Below the pieces are notes generated by a model, which saw only the letters and a list, made by a program, of their open reading frames with translations, did no database searches and was not told where the DNA came from. Of a DNA stretch of 64,000 nt, positions 20,340 through 29,397 are shown in pieces. Both the position numbers and the translations under genes were made by a program. Every line of letters starts with the position of its first letter. The first letter of the stretch is position 1. This DNA comes from an uncultured delta proteobacterium (GTDB taxonomy: Bacteria; Desulfobacterota; Desulfomonilia; UBA1062), in the NCBI GenBank assembly GCA_963798485.1, contig CAWCTR010000020.1:41361-105360 (forward strand), in the 5' to 3' direction.

Positions 20340-20979
20340 AATCATAAGAAGACAGACAGGATATACCGGGAAGAAGGGTTATCGTTGAGGAGAAAGAAGA
20401 GGAAGAAGCTCCTAGGAATAAGGGTTGCCCCTGAATTAGCTACGAGAGTGAATGAGGTATGGTCCATGGATTTCGTGTCAGATGCACTTGCATGCGGCAG
20501 GAGATTCCGAGTGCTGACGGTTGTGGACGATTATTCCCGATTGTCACCTGGACTTGAAGTAGCCTCATCGCTTCCTGGGCAGAGGGTAACAAGATTTCTT
20601 GACCACGTGAGCTTGAACCATGGATATCCAGAGCGTATCCGTGTGGATAATGGGCCGGAGTTTCTTTCCACGAATTTTACCGCCTGGGCTTTGAAGAAAA
20701 GGATACGGATTGAATATATCAGGCCGGGCAAGCCTTCAGATAACTGCTACATTGAGAGCTTCAACGGTAAGTTCAGGGACGAATGTCTCAACGAGAACTG
20801 GTTTCTGAGTATCAAGGAGGCCAAAGAGATCATTGAAGGATGGAGGGCCGAATATAACGAGATCCGCCCGCACAGTTCCCTAGGGAACTGTACTCCTTGA
20901 GTTTTACAGGGAACACCAGGCCGTGCTAAAAAGAAAAAATACTTGCCTTGGAAGTGGCCTAGTCAACGGGGTAAGGTCA
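20340..20979 (+). mobile_element. IS3-family insertion sequence remnant (truncated OrfB plus right end)
   Basis: [14 protein letters not shown]...WSMDF...DNGPEF...[14 protein letters not shown]...RPHSSLG DDE core; no OrfA; early stop after NCTP; probable terminal repeat ending GGGGTAAGGTCA at 20979. Confidence 0.85.
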
Positions 20980-21224
20980 AATATACCGATATGGGAGAAA
21001 TCAAGGCACGCGGTCGCAAACGTCTTGCCGTAAAACAGAAAAAGCCAAAGTCCTAATGCCGCTGATGTTCACGATAGTGTTGTGTTCACAATTAATGAAC
21101 GATGATGGATCGTGAACTACATCAATTAACCAAAATTGATGCAGCCCATATTTAATCAATTTGCACTATTTCATGTAACTAAGGCTCAGCATCCATTGTC
21201 TCTGGTTTGGATCTCATAGTTTAG

Positions 21225-24080
21225 TCAATGATTCAGGGATTCACTCGATAGCGACAAGCTTTTCATCAGCTCATGGGCAATGTTTGGGCTTTCGAGCCGC
21301 ATAATGCTTTCTTCAGCACTCCCAAAGCTCAAAAGATTGATACTCCCATACCAGATGATTCTTTGGTCCAATGCAGAAAATTTCTGGTGGATATTGGATT
21401 TGAACACCAATTGGACACCGGCTTTTTTCAACAAATCCAGGACTTCCTCCAGAGCTGTTCTGTTCTTGTCCTTAAAATCGGAGGCCGGTCTTGTCACAAC
21501 TACCACCTTAACGCCTTTCTCCAGCGCAGCACCTAAGTGTTGCAGCATCTGAAGAGCACGTCTCTTCGTAACAAATGGGCTTACGATCAGGACCTCTCTT
21601 GAAGCATTCATCAAATCATTACTGTATACGGGAAGAAAATTGCTTTTATCGAAAATGATGTTCACGGATTCATCGCCAAGGCTTTCCGCCTTCGCGGAAT
21701 AGCCTATGGACGCATATCCGGCAAGTCTTTTACCATACATTTTTTCCAGCATCCTTACATGGATATCGACGTAGTCGTAAATCCGGACCTCCTTTTTGTC
21801 TTCAAACAAACGATGCAGCCTGCCTGCGTATTGCTGCAATGTCCCTTTCCATGATATGGGCATGGCTAGAAATAAAGTGTCCAGGCGAGGCTCGTCAAAA
21901 CCTTCGCCTATGTATTTGCCGGTTGCAACCAGAGTTAAATGCTTATCAGCAGGCACATTGGTTATCCTAGCAAGCACCTCTCTCGTTTCTTTAACTCCGC
22001 GCCCGCCCGTTAGAGTCATCACGTCCGGTATCTTTTCACTCAACATCTTTGCCAGCAATTCGACATGGGCGGTTCTTTCAGTCAAAACGAGTGAATATCT
22101 TCTTTCAGAAAAGTTTTTAATCACATCATCGATAATGAATTGGTTCCTGAATTCATCTTTGGTTATCTCGGTATATAGTTCCTGGATCGAAAGGCCCTTT
22201 TCATCCTGTTCAAACGGTATCCTGAAGCCGGTGAATCTGGGAATTATGTAATGTGCGAAAGGTCTTTTTTCCGCCTGAGATCTGGCGTCAACCCTGTACC
22301 TGACCGGCCCGCAATGCATAAAGATAATAGGATGGTGTCCATCCTGCCTTGTAGGGGTAGCCGTCAATCCATACACATATTTCGCCTGAACGGCTTTAAG
22401 TATCTGCTCAAAGCTGAATGCCGGGACGTGATGGCATTCGTCCACGATCACCATACCATAATTCCTGACAAGATCTTTTACTTCACCGCTGTTGTTCAGG
22501 GACTGCATAATCGCAATATCGATGATGCCACTCGGATTATCCTTTCCTGCTCCTATCTGGCCGATCAGGCTTTGCTTTTTCTTTCGTCCCCGTCTTTTCT
22601 CCAATACCGGGAGTTTCTCTTTAATGTTCAAGAACTCGGACATCCTTGATGTCCACTGAGAAAGCAGCTGTTGCCTGTGTACTAATATCAGAGTGTTTGT
22701 CTTTCGTTCTGCAATCAATTTGGCTGCTATAACTGTTTTTCCAAATGCTGTTGTTGCAGAGAGAACGCCATGATCATGCTTCATCATCTCATCCAACGAA
22801 AGCTTCTGTTCTTGTCGAAGTTCACCTTTGAATGAGACATCAATGTATTTCCCGGAATTTGTATGATCAGATAAGACCACTTCAGCAGCCGCCTCAGCGA
22901 GTAGGCTTGTAACATCGGCTTCACATCCTCTCGGCAGGCACAGGTATTCCGGTGTCTCATCTGAGCACGAAATGACCCTCGGTTTGTTATAGGTTGGCAT
23001 TCGCATAGCCTGGGCTTTGTAAAAATCCGGATTCTTAAAGGCAGCAAGCCTTTTTAAAGCGTTCAATGCCTTCTGTGAAATACCTAATTTCTTGATGTAG
23101 AACATGTTCGCTCTTACGAGCTCGACCTTTTTGGGAAAATCATCCTTTGACCATTTGATCCGACTCGGCTCCCATGGTTTCACCTCTTCTTCATCATCTT
23201 TCTTCAGAACCCCAAGCTCACTCCCATGGCAAAGCTTTGATATCAGCATGCCAACATCTGATTCAGACAGTTTCCTTATTCTGTTCAAGAATCCCCATTG
23301 GTCTTCGTAGGGATGGAAGCCATCATCAATGAAAACGCTGTTCCCTTTCTCCCGTGCTTTCTTCTGCAGCGGGAGCGCAATGAGGTTGCCGAAGCCGCCC
23401 TTCGGCATTGTATCCTGGTTGGGGAAAAATCGGTCATAGGATTTGAATGTGATTTCGTGACGTCTGCCCATCGAATAAGTCAACAGAGCCGTGCCGAACT
23501 TTCGTGCAACGCTCGCGGATATGGGGTCTGTGAAGAAAAACCATGCATGGGCACCATTACCAGAACGAGAACGCTCAACGACCTCGGGGATATCGAATTC
23601 CTTACAGACATCCCTGAGCGTGGAAACATCTTTTTGCCAGCCGTCGTCGTCAAAGTCGATCACCAGAAAACTACACATTTCATCTTGTCGCAAAGGATAA
23701 ATCCCCACAACAATGTTCCCCCTCAAATGACCCTCAATAACTTTCTCGCTCAAGGCAACGTATGATTTATTCGGGCATTCTGAACATTTTACAGCAGGCT
23801 TCCTGCAGGTGCCTGATCTCCATTCATTCAAACACACCGGCGTATATCCGGATCTGCCTTCTCTATTTTCCCATCTCCTGGCATAAATATCGTCTCTCCC
23901 TTTGAACAGGGACATAAACAATCTGATTTTTTCTAAGGGATTAGGGTCAACATGACTTTCTGCCTGCACCGGTTCAGTGATGCCCAACCTGACCTTCAAT
24001 AACTCATTCTCTTTCTTCAGGGCTTCATTTTCGACGAGAAGAGCCTGATACTTCTCAAGCAATTCTCTATAACCCTTCAT
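21225..24080 (-). CDS. AEP-primase-like (TOTE-type) + SF2 DExH helicase + PLD-nuclease fusion
   Basis: DFD and RSGNGAHAW primase motifs; TTAFGKT, DECHH, TAT, EGFDEP, QQYAGR helicase motifs; HQKF..D...GSIN PLD motif. Confidence 0.85.
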   Translation of the reverse strand: MKGYRELLEKYQALLVENEALKKENELLKVRLGITEPVQAESHVDPNPLEKIRLFMSLFKGRDDIYARRWENREGRSGYTPVCLNEWRSGTCRKPAVKCSECPNKSYVALSEKVIEGHLRGNIVVGIYPLRQDEMCSFLVIDFDDDGWQKDVSTLRDVCKEFDIPEVVERSRSGNGAHAWFFFTDPISASVARKFGTALLTYSMGRRHEITFKSYDRFFPNQDTMPKGGFGNLIALPLQKKAREKGNSVFIDDGFHPYEDQWGFLNRIRKLSESDVGMLISKLCHGSELGVLKKDDEEEVKPWEPSRIKWSKDDFPKKVELVRANMFYIKKLGISQKALNALKRLAAFKNPDFYKAQAMRMPTYNKPRVISCSDETPEYLCLPRGCEADVTSLLAEAAAEVVLSDHTNSGKYIDVSFKGELRQEQKLSLDEMMKHDHGVLSATTAFGKTVIAAKLIAERKTNTLILVHRQQLLSQWTSRMSEFLNIKEKLPVLEKRRGRKKKQSLIGQIGAGKDNPSGIIDIAIMQSLNNSGEVKDLVRNYGMVIVDECHHVPAFSFEQILKAVQAKYVYGLTATPTRQDGHHPIIFMHCGPVRYRVDARSQAEKRPFAHYIIPRFTGFRIPFEQDEKGLSIQELYTEITKDEFRNQFIIDDVIKNFSERRYSLVLTERTAHVELLAKMLSEKIPDVMTLTGGRGVKETREVLARITNVPADKHLTLVATGKYIGEGFDEPRLDTLFLAMPISWKGTLQQYAGRLHRLFEDKKEVRIYDYVDIHVRMLEKMYGKRLAGYASIGYSAKAESLGDESVNIIFDKSNFLPVYSNDLMNASREVLIVSPFVTKRRALQMLQHLGAALEKGVKVVVVTRPASDFKDKNRTALEEVLDLLKKAGVQLVFKSNIHQKFSALDQRIIWYGSINLLSFGSAEESIMRLESPNIAHELMKSLSLSSESLNH

Positions 24081-24084
24081 ATAT

Positions 24085-24561
24085 TCATCGCTCCTGTAAC
24101 CACTTCTTTCTTTCCGTCTTTAGTTCTTGTGTCATGGATTTGATCATATTCGGACCAATCAATACTTTCCTGTCAGCTATGAGCCCATCGCAAACAAGAA
24201 AGCCTTCATATGGTAATATCGCTGTGTCAATGACAATCCAATCCGGAATTAGCTCTTCCAATGGAGTTGTCAGAGCCTTGACACATAACCAAGTGTTATC
24301 CAAACGCCTGAATGCATAGCCTTGCTTATACTTCTTAGCATAGATGAACATACCGTAGATTGAGCTTCTTACAGCAAGAACAAAAGACTCGTTGTATGAA
24401 GAATCGAATGCATAACACTTGTTGAACTCTTTCTTATAGAGCTTGTTGCGAGCCTCAATATAGTCGTTGATGTCCTCCATTGGTTTGGCTGCAATAGTGA
24501 CAAGAAGGCGTTTGTATTGCATAAGAAAAGTACTGGCGTGTGAAGGATCAATTAGAGCCAT
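24085..24561 (-). CDS. Hypothetical protein in the island operon
   Basis: 158-aa ORF, co-oriented, ending 4 bp before the helicase start. Confidence 0.7.
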   Translation of the reverse strand: MALIDPSHASTFLMQYKRLLVTIAAKPMEDINDYIEARNKLYKKEFNKCYAFDSSYNESFVLAVRSSIYGMFIYAKKYKQGYAFRRLDNTWLCVKALTTPLEELIPDWIVIDTAILPYEGFLVCDGLIADRKVLIGPNMIKSMTQELKTERKKWLQER

Positions 24562-24605
24562 ATTTCATACCGCTTACAGTTTTTCTTCCTTCTGTTTATT
24601 CATTA

Positions 24606-25520
24606 TTATGTCCATGGTCCCCCAGCTTCCCAGAACTGTTTGAATGGCTTGTTCTGAGATGCAGCACTAAGCGGCGGAATAAGAAACTCTTGGAGTCTCT
24701 TAACAACTTCAGACAGGACAATTGTTTGTTTCCATCCGATTCGAGAGAGGAAAACATTCCATTGTTTGTTTCTATCTTCATCTCGTGCAAATTCCTCGCT
24801 GAGGCCGATAGGAAATTGTTGGGGAATTGACGTCTTCCTTCTTTCAAAGGTAGCTTTCATTGCCTGCACAAGACTTGCGCCTTTGAAAGAGAAACTCCGG
24901 GATAATACCCACATATCGAAATAATCTTTCATCCGAGAATTTTGCATACCCAAGGATACTATCGTCTGAGTTTTTTCTGAGATGACGCTTTCCATTGGAT
25001 ATGCCCTGATCCTTGGTGCAGGGAGGTTGAGAATGGTTGGATAGTCTACTTCTTCCGGTGGTGGTGCTACTGCATCACCAAACCCTACATCAACCTGTAT
25101 TCTTATCCGCGCACCTGCCAAGTATGCAAAGAAGAGCATTCTTTTACCGGTATACTCCTGATCTTCTCTGATATCCGTCACACTGAAACTATCCTGGTCA
25201 AAGGTCAATCCATCCGGTTCGACTTCTGTTGTGCAGATTTCCTGAAAAAGATTGATTATCTGTTTATCAGAGAGATCTCCATAACCGAGAAGATCAAGGT
25301 CGCGAGTAGGTCGGTGAACACCACCACCCCAGATTTCAAGCAGAAGAGCACCTTTGAGAATAAATCTATCGACGAAGGGTGAAACCCCAATACGGTATAG
25401 AAGGCGCTCAAGCGCATAGCGAGTAAGCACCAGGTCAAAAGGATCACCAGCCTTCCTTGAGACATTCAAAAGCCTCTCCCTAACCGATGCGGCAATATTA
25501 GTAGGAGATATCTTGCTCAT
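24606..25520 (-). CDS. AbiEii-family nucleotidyltransferase toxin (type IV TA)
   Basis: FILKGALL...RPTRDLD, SEK, NSRMKDYFD. Confidence 0.92.
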   Translation of the reverse strand: MSKISPTNIAASVRERLLNVSRKAGDPFDLVLTRYALERLLYRIGVSPFVDRFILKGALLLEIWGGGVHRPTRDLDLLGYGDLSDKQIINLFQEICTTEVEPDGLTFDQDSFSVTDIREDQEYTGKRMLFFAYLAGARIRIQVDVGFGDAVAPPPEEVDYPTILNLPAPRIRAYPMESVISEKTQTIVSLGMQNSRMKDYFDMWVLSRSFSFKGASLVQAMKATFERRKTSIPQQFPIGLSEEFARDEDRNKQWNVFLSRIGWKQTIVLSEVVKRLQEFLIPPLSAASQNKPFKQFWEAGGPWT

Positions 25521-26125
25521 AGGAGGGCCTGAATGTAAGGCTTCATTACCTTTTCTACCCTACAGATCCGGCTGTACTTCCAGATCTCATCCATCGTGCA
25601 TTTACGTTGAGACCAGCAATCTTTCAGTGCCTCGAGGGCAACATCGGTACCGATCTTGTTTCGATATTTAAAACAGTCTGCAACCGTTTTAGGCGCATCA
25701 TAAACCTTTACCTGAACACCATCTATAACATGCTCCTCAATCCCCTCAGTAAGAGCCTGGGCAGAGAAGCGGACAAATCTGATGGATGGATAATCCACTT
25801 TGGGGAGCCTGGATTTACGATCAATGACCATCCACACCTCAAATGGAGCCTGTGATGTCAGACCATGGAAACTCAGAGCTGACAGTAGGCATAGAATTCC
25901 GTTAGGGACACGCTTAGCAGCTTCAGCGAATGTATGATGCTCGGTAACATGGATACCAGGGAGGGTATAAAGCCCTCTTCCTATCTTTATTATCAATCCT
26001 CTCTGATAAAGGCGCTGAAGGTACGTTCTTGGTATGGATCGAACATCCAGATCGCGGGGACGGAGCACGCCTTTTCGTTTGATGAGTTTCAGGACTTCTT
26101 CCGACTGGCTCTTTTTCATTCCCAT
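25517..26125 (-). CDS. AbiEi-family antitoxin/transcriptional regulator
   Basis: wHTH ending IGRGLY, CLLSALSFHGLT, KTVADCFKYRNKIG; 4-bp overlap with abiEii. Confidence 0.92.
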   Translation of the reverse strand: MGMKKSQSEEVLKLIKRKGVLRPRDLDVRSIPRTYLQRLYQRGLIIKIGRGLYTLPGIHVTEHHTFAEAAKRVPNGILCLLSALSFHGLTSQAPFEVWMVIDRKSRLPKVDYPSIRFVRFSAQALTEGIEEHVIDGVQVKVYDAPKTVADCFKYRNKIGTDVALEALKDCWSQRKCTMDEIWKYSRICRVEKVMKPYIQALL

Positions 26126-26129
26126 ATAT

Positions 26130-26177
26130 TGTTACATTATGTTGGCACTTGTCAATATATGCCTACACTATGTAACA
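26130..26177 (-). promoter_or_regulatory. abiE promoter/operator: 18-bp inverted repeats flanking a TTGACA -35
   Basis: TGTTACATTATGTTGGCA and TGCCTACACTATGTAACA (15/18 inverted match); TTGACA on the minus strand at 26150-26155. Confidence 0.7.
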
Positions 26178-26336
26178 TTAATTGGCTTAACCAAGCTTAT
26201 TAAATGAAGGTTTATCTACAAAGAGTCTTCGGTTATCGATTGAAGTAATGGATGGGATTAAGAAGCCGTTTAGCACAATTTTATAATAATCCGAAGTGCC
26301 TTTTGGTAACTGCTGACTCGTAACTTATGGAATTCA

Positions 26337-26391
26337 TGGTGCCTGAGGGGGGACTCGAACCCCACACTCGCAAGGAGCTTCGGATTTTGAG
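26337..26391 (-). pseudogene. 3' half of a tRNA-Leu(CAA), att-like fragment
   Basis: Minus strand CTCAAAA anticodon loop, variable arm, GGTTCGAGTCC T-arm, ...CAGGCACCA; no D-arm or 5' acceptor strand. Confidence 0.8.
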
Positions 26392-26614
26392 ACCAAAAAA
26401 TAAATATTTGCGAGACTGATCACCAATTAAGGCCAACAAAAAACATATTTCAGCCGATACTAGTCGGACTCCTTAGTGAAACAGACATGTTAATGAAAGG
26501 TTATTATAGTTACAAAGGGAAGGTAAATTAACATTAAATTAGTTAGTTGCAGCAGGTAGCGGGGATTTATTTAACTCATTCCTATATAACTAATTGATAT
26601 TATTATAGTTATGA

Positions 26615-26691
26615 TGGTCGGGAAGCGGGGATTTGAACCCCGGACCCCAGCGTCCCGAACGCTGTGCTCTACCAGGCTGAGCCACTTCCCG
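26615..26691 (-). tRNA. tRNA-Pro(CGG)
   Basis: CGGGAAGTGGCTCAGCCTGGTAGAGCA-CAGCG-TT-CGG-GA-CGCTG...GGTTCAAATCC...CCCGACCA. Confidence 0.96.
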
Positions 26692-26747
26692 AAACCAAGG
26701 TCTATCTATAGAAAAGAATCACTTTCTAAGTCAAGCACGTTTGCTCT

Positions 26748-27518
26748 TTATCGTTTTTTGTTTTCAAAGGTGATAAAATCCTCGCGCATCACACGATGAT
26801 CCATCTGGCTCTTTACATCCAGGGGATACTCTCCATAGTTGAATGCCCATAGATCCTTGCCTAGCCTCTGCAACGGTATGGCAAACTCCAGCTTGAAGAA
26901 GAGCTCACTCCTGTCTCGGCCGGCCTGCAGTGTATCATTCCTACCGCCGGCACTGATAAACAGGGACTTTATAGGCTGTAACTGGATCATCATGGACATC
27001 CCGGTCATGTCCTCCCTGTCCTTGCCTGCAAAATAATAAAACCCAGGCCATACAGAGACAAAGGGGGCATTCGGGACAGGAATACCGAAGGTAAGGTCAA
27101 TCCCCTGCAGTGCCTCTTCGCCATTATTTTCATTCGAAACAGGCAGGTAGAGGTTCATGTGTCCGGAAAAGTTTGCATGGTACACCTCAAGGCCGGTACC
27201 GAATCTCTTAAGGTAATCGTTCGAGGTATAATCATAGAAAAGGTTCCAACCCCCGACCACCAATCCGCTCAACATCGGCTGCCTTCCTCCAACCCCGAGA
27301 TCAAGGCCGGGTTTTCCACCATTTAATGTAAGCATGGGCTGTGAGAACAAGGACATGGAATCGAGCTGCGCGAGCCACACAAAGGCATCAGCGTAATAAC
27401 AGGGGTTCGACTCGTTGGATACCTTCAAGCCCCCCCCGGTCCAAATAAGATCAGGCGCGCCCGCATAAAGCATGGACCCGGCCAGGCAGAATATGATAGC
27501 AAAAATCAATTTCTTCAT
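26748..27518 (-). CDS. Outer-membrane beta-barrel protein, inverse-autotransporter beta-domain-like
   Basis: Signal peptide; LGVGGR, GWNLFYDY, RFGTGLE, NLYLP, terminal V.RE..I. Confidence 0.6.
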   Translation of the reverse strand: MKKLIFAIIFCLAGSMLYAGAPDLIWTGGGLKVSNESNPCYYADAFVWLAQLDSMSLFSQPMLTLNGGKPGLDLGVGGRQPMLSGLVVGGWNLFYDYTSNDYLKRFGTGLEVYHANFSGHMNLYLPVSNENNGEEALQGIDLTFGIPVPNAPFVSVWPGFYYFAGKDREDMTGMSMMIQLQPIKSLFISAGGRNDTLQAGRDRSELFFKLEFAIPLQRLGKDLWAFNYGEYPLDVKSQMDHRVMREDFITFENKKR

Positions 27519-27575
27519 CTCAACACCCCCTCATTCAATTCTTGATCGCTCAAAAAGCTTCATACACATTATACA

Positions 27576-28592
27576 TCAACTATCCCACATTGGTATGATA
27601 CCGGCACAAATATCCTCCGGTTTCAAAATGGTCAAGGTCTCACTGTGGAGCATGCCCATATAATTGATCTGACTCGTATCGAATGGCGGTATACTTACCC
27701 TCGGGCATATCCTGATATGAGGCGTGAACAGGTTATTGTCCTTGAGAAAGTATATGGACATGTTCAGGCTGCTCATGTTGAGAGAATCGATATACCTCAT
27801 GACATTCAAGATACCGCTCACCAGATCTTGCAGGAGCTCTCCATGGATTTCTTCCGGTGATCTTAAGCCGCCTAGAACCCCGATAATATCAAAGACCCCC
27901 ATGGGCGCAAAGGCCACAATCCATGAGATATCTTTTGTAAAGGCAATCATCCGCTCCCCCCTCTTCCTTTCCTCCTCAACGAAATCGGGCCAATAATTGC
28001 GCCCATGCATTTCCTGATACTGGGAAAGGCCGTAAACCGCGGAGGTATAATAGTTGGTGGGCGAACTCGTTGCAGCAATCTGGAGGTGTGGATGTATGAT
28101 GGAGCCGCCGGCCAAAGGCATATAATTCCAGTTCACTGACTGGTAGATCATATCGGGCTGCCTGACGTTTACATCTAAGAGATACTGGAAACAGCACTCG
28201 AACGCATCTGTCATGATCTTGGATGTAAATCCATTCAACCCCATATAATGTTCCCTGGTCATTATGGTGACCGCACCGTTCTCGTCATAAGGGAAGGCGT
28301 TGGGAACGCATAATGCATTTCCACGTGAATACCTTTCCCTGCTTGCCAGGTCGGGGTGGAATTTTGGTGTTACCTGCTCCTTAACCTCCGGGCAGAACGG
28401 GCAAAACTGCCTGGATCTCGCAATAAGGACTGAGAGGTCAGACTTTTTGATTTCCCTGATGGGAAAATCCAGGATGCGGCTTGAATGGCCGGTAAGCGGA
28501 TCGTACCTTACTTCGAAATGTCGTTCGACCTCCGCATATCCCTGAGTGGGGTCTAAAAAACGTGATGTTTTTAATACCTTAACAAATTCCAT
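27576..28592 (-). CDS. Galactose-1-phosphate uridylyltransferase family protein
   Basis: RYDPLTG, CPFCP, PNAFPY, GGSIIHPHLQ. Confidence 0.8.
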   Translation of the reverse strand: MEFVKVLKTSRFLDPTQGYAEVERHFEVRYDPLTGHSSRILDFPIREIKKSDLSVLIARSRQFCPFCPEVKEQVTPKFHPDLASRERYSRGNALCVPNAFPYDENGAVTIMTREHYMGLNGFTSKIMTDAFECCFQYLLDVNVRQPDMIYQSVNWNYMPLAGGSIIHPHLQIAATSSPTNYYTSAVYGLSQYQEMHGRNYWPDFVEEERKRGERMIAFTKDISWIVAFAPMGVFDIIGVLGGLRSPEEIHGELLQDLVSGILNVMRYIDSLNMSSLNMSIYFLKDNNLFTPHIRICPRVSIPPFDTSQINYMGMLHSETLTILKPEDICAGIIPMWDS

Positions 28593-28721
28593 TAGATATA
28601 CCTTTACACTATGGCAGGCTGAGGGTCAAGGGCATTAGCCCAGTGAACTTTAGGTGTTTCCTCAGCTAAAAGGTTATGTTTCCTTGATCAATACGCCTTG
28701 TCCCGGTATAATTTCGTCCAG

Positions 28722-29366
28722 ATGAAAGATACCCTGATTGCAAGAAAGAATATGGTTGACGAACAGCTTGTAAGACGCGGTGTAAAGAATCAAAGGGTGC
28801 TGAATGCCTTTCTGGAGGTACCGCGGCATAAGTTCGTGGAGGAATATCTCAAATACAAGGCATATGATGACTATCCGCTGTCCATCGGCTACGGCCAGAC
28901 CATATCCCAGCCCTACATGGTTGCACTCATGACCGAGGCTATCAATCCTCAACCTGCAGAAAGGATCCTTGAGATCGGCACTGGGTCAGGGTACCAGGCT
29001 GCAATTCTCTCTCGCCTCTGCTCTGCGGTTTATACCATCGAGCGCATAAGCGCACTGGCGTCCCGTGCCAGAAAGGCCTTGGATGATCTGGGTTACTTCA
29101 ATGTCCATATCCGTCTTGGCGACGGCACCATGGGACTGCCCCAGGATGCACCCTATGACGGGATCATTGTCACAGCAGGTGCCCCACGAGTACCTGAGTC
29201 CCTGATAGGACAGCTCAGAGAAGATGGCAGGCTCATCATTCCGGTTGGCGATGAGGGCATCCAGGACTTGAGACGCATCATCAGGACCAAGGATGGCGTT
29301 ATGGAGGAATCGCTTGGCGGCTGCAGGTTTGTAAGGTTGATCGGGAAGAACGGATGGCAGGGATGA
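28722..29366 (+). CDS. pcm: Protein-L-isoaspartate O-methyltransferase
   Basis: VPRH.F, GQTISQPYMVA, LEIGTGSGYQAA, APYDGIIVTA. Confidence 0.95.
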   Translation: MKDTLIARKNMVDEQLVRRGVKNQRVLNAFLEVPRHKFVEEYLKYKAYDDYPLSIGYGQTISQPYMVALMTEAINPQPAERILEIGTGSGYQAAILSRLCSAVYTIERISALASRARKALDDLGYFNVHIRLGDGTMGLPQDAPYDGIIVTAGAPRVPESLIGQLREDGRLIIPVGDEGIQDLRRIIRTKDGVMEESLGGCRFVRLIGKNGWQG

Positions 29367-29397
29367 AAAGACGGTATCCAGAACTCCTGAATATCGC

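Larger units (their letters stand above)
17691..26614. mobile_element. Tandem genomic-islet array at the 3' end of tRNA-Pro(CGG), no integrase gene present
   Basis: Bounded and subdivided by direct repeats of the tRNA 3' end; cargo is TA, ATPase, helicase and an IS remnant; AT-rich spacers. Confidence 0.8.

Noticed and set aside
20385-20900. IS3 integrase-core ORF as the recombinase for the tRNA att array
   Set aside because: It is a truncated DDE transposase; tRNA-site integration is carried out by tyrosine (or serine) recombinases
26337-26391. Functional tRNA-Leu gene
   Set aside because: The D-arm and 5' acceptor strand are absent; AT-rich sequence replaces them
26558-26568. AGCGGGGATTT as a fourth att core
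   Set aside because: Only 11 nt match, and the CCA end and full T-loop are missing; too weak to call
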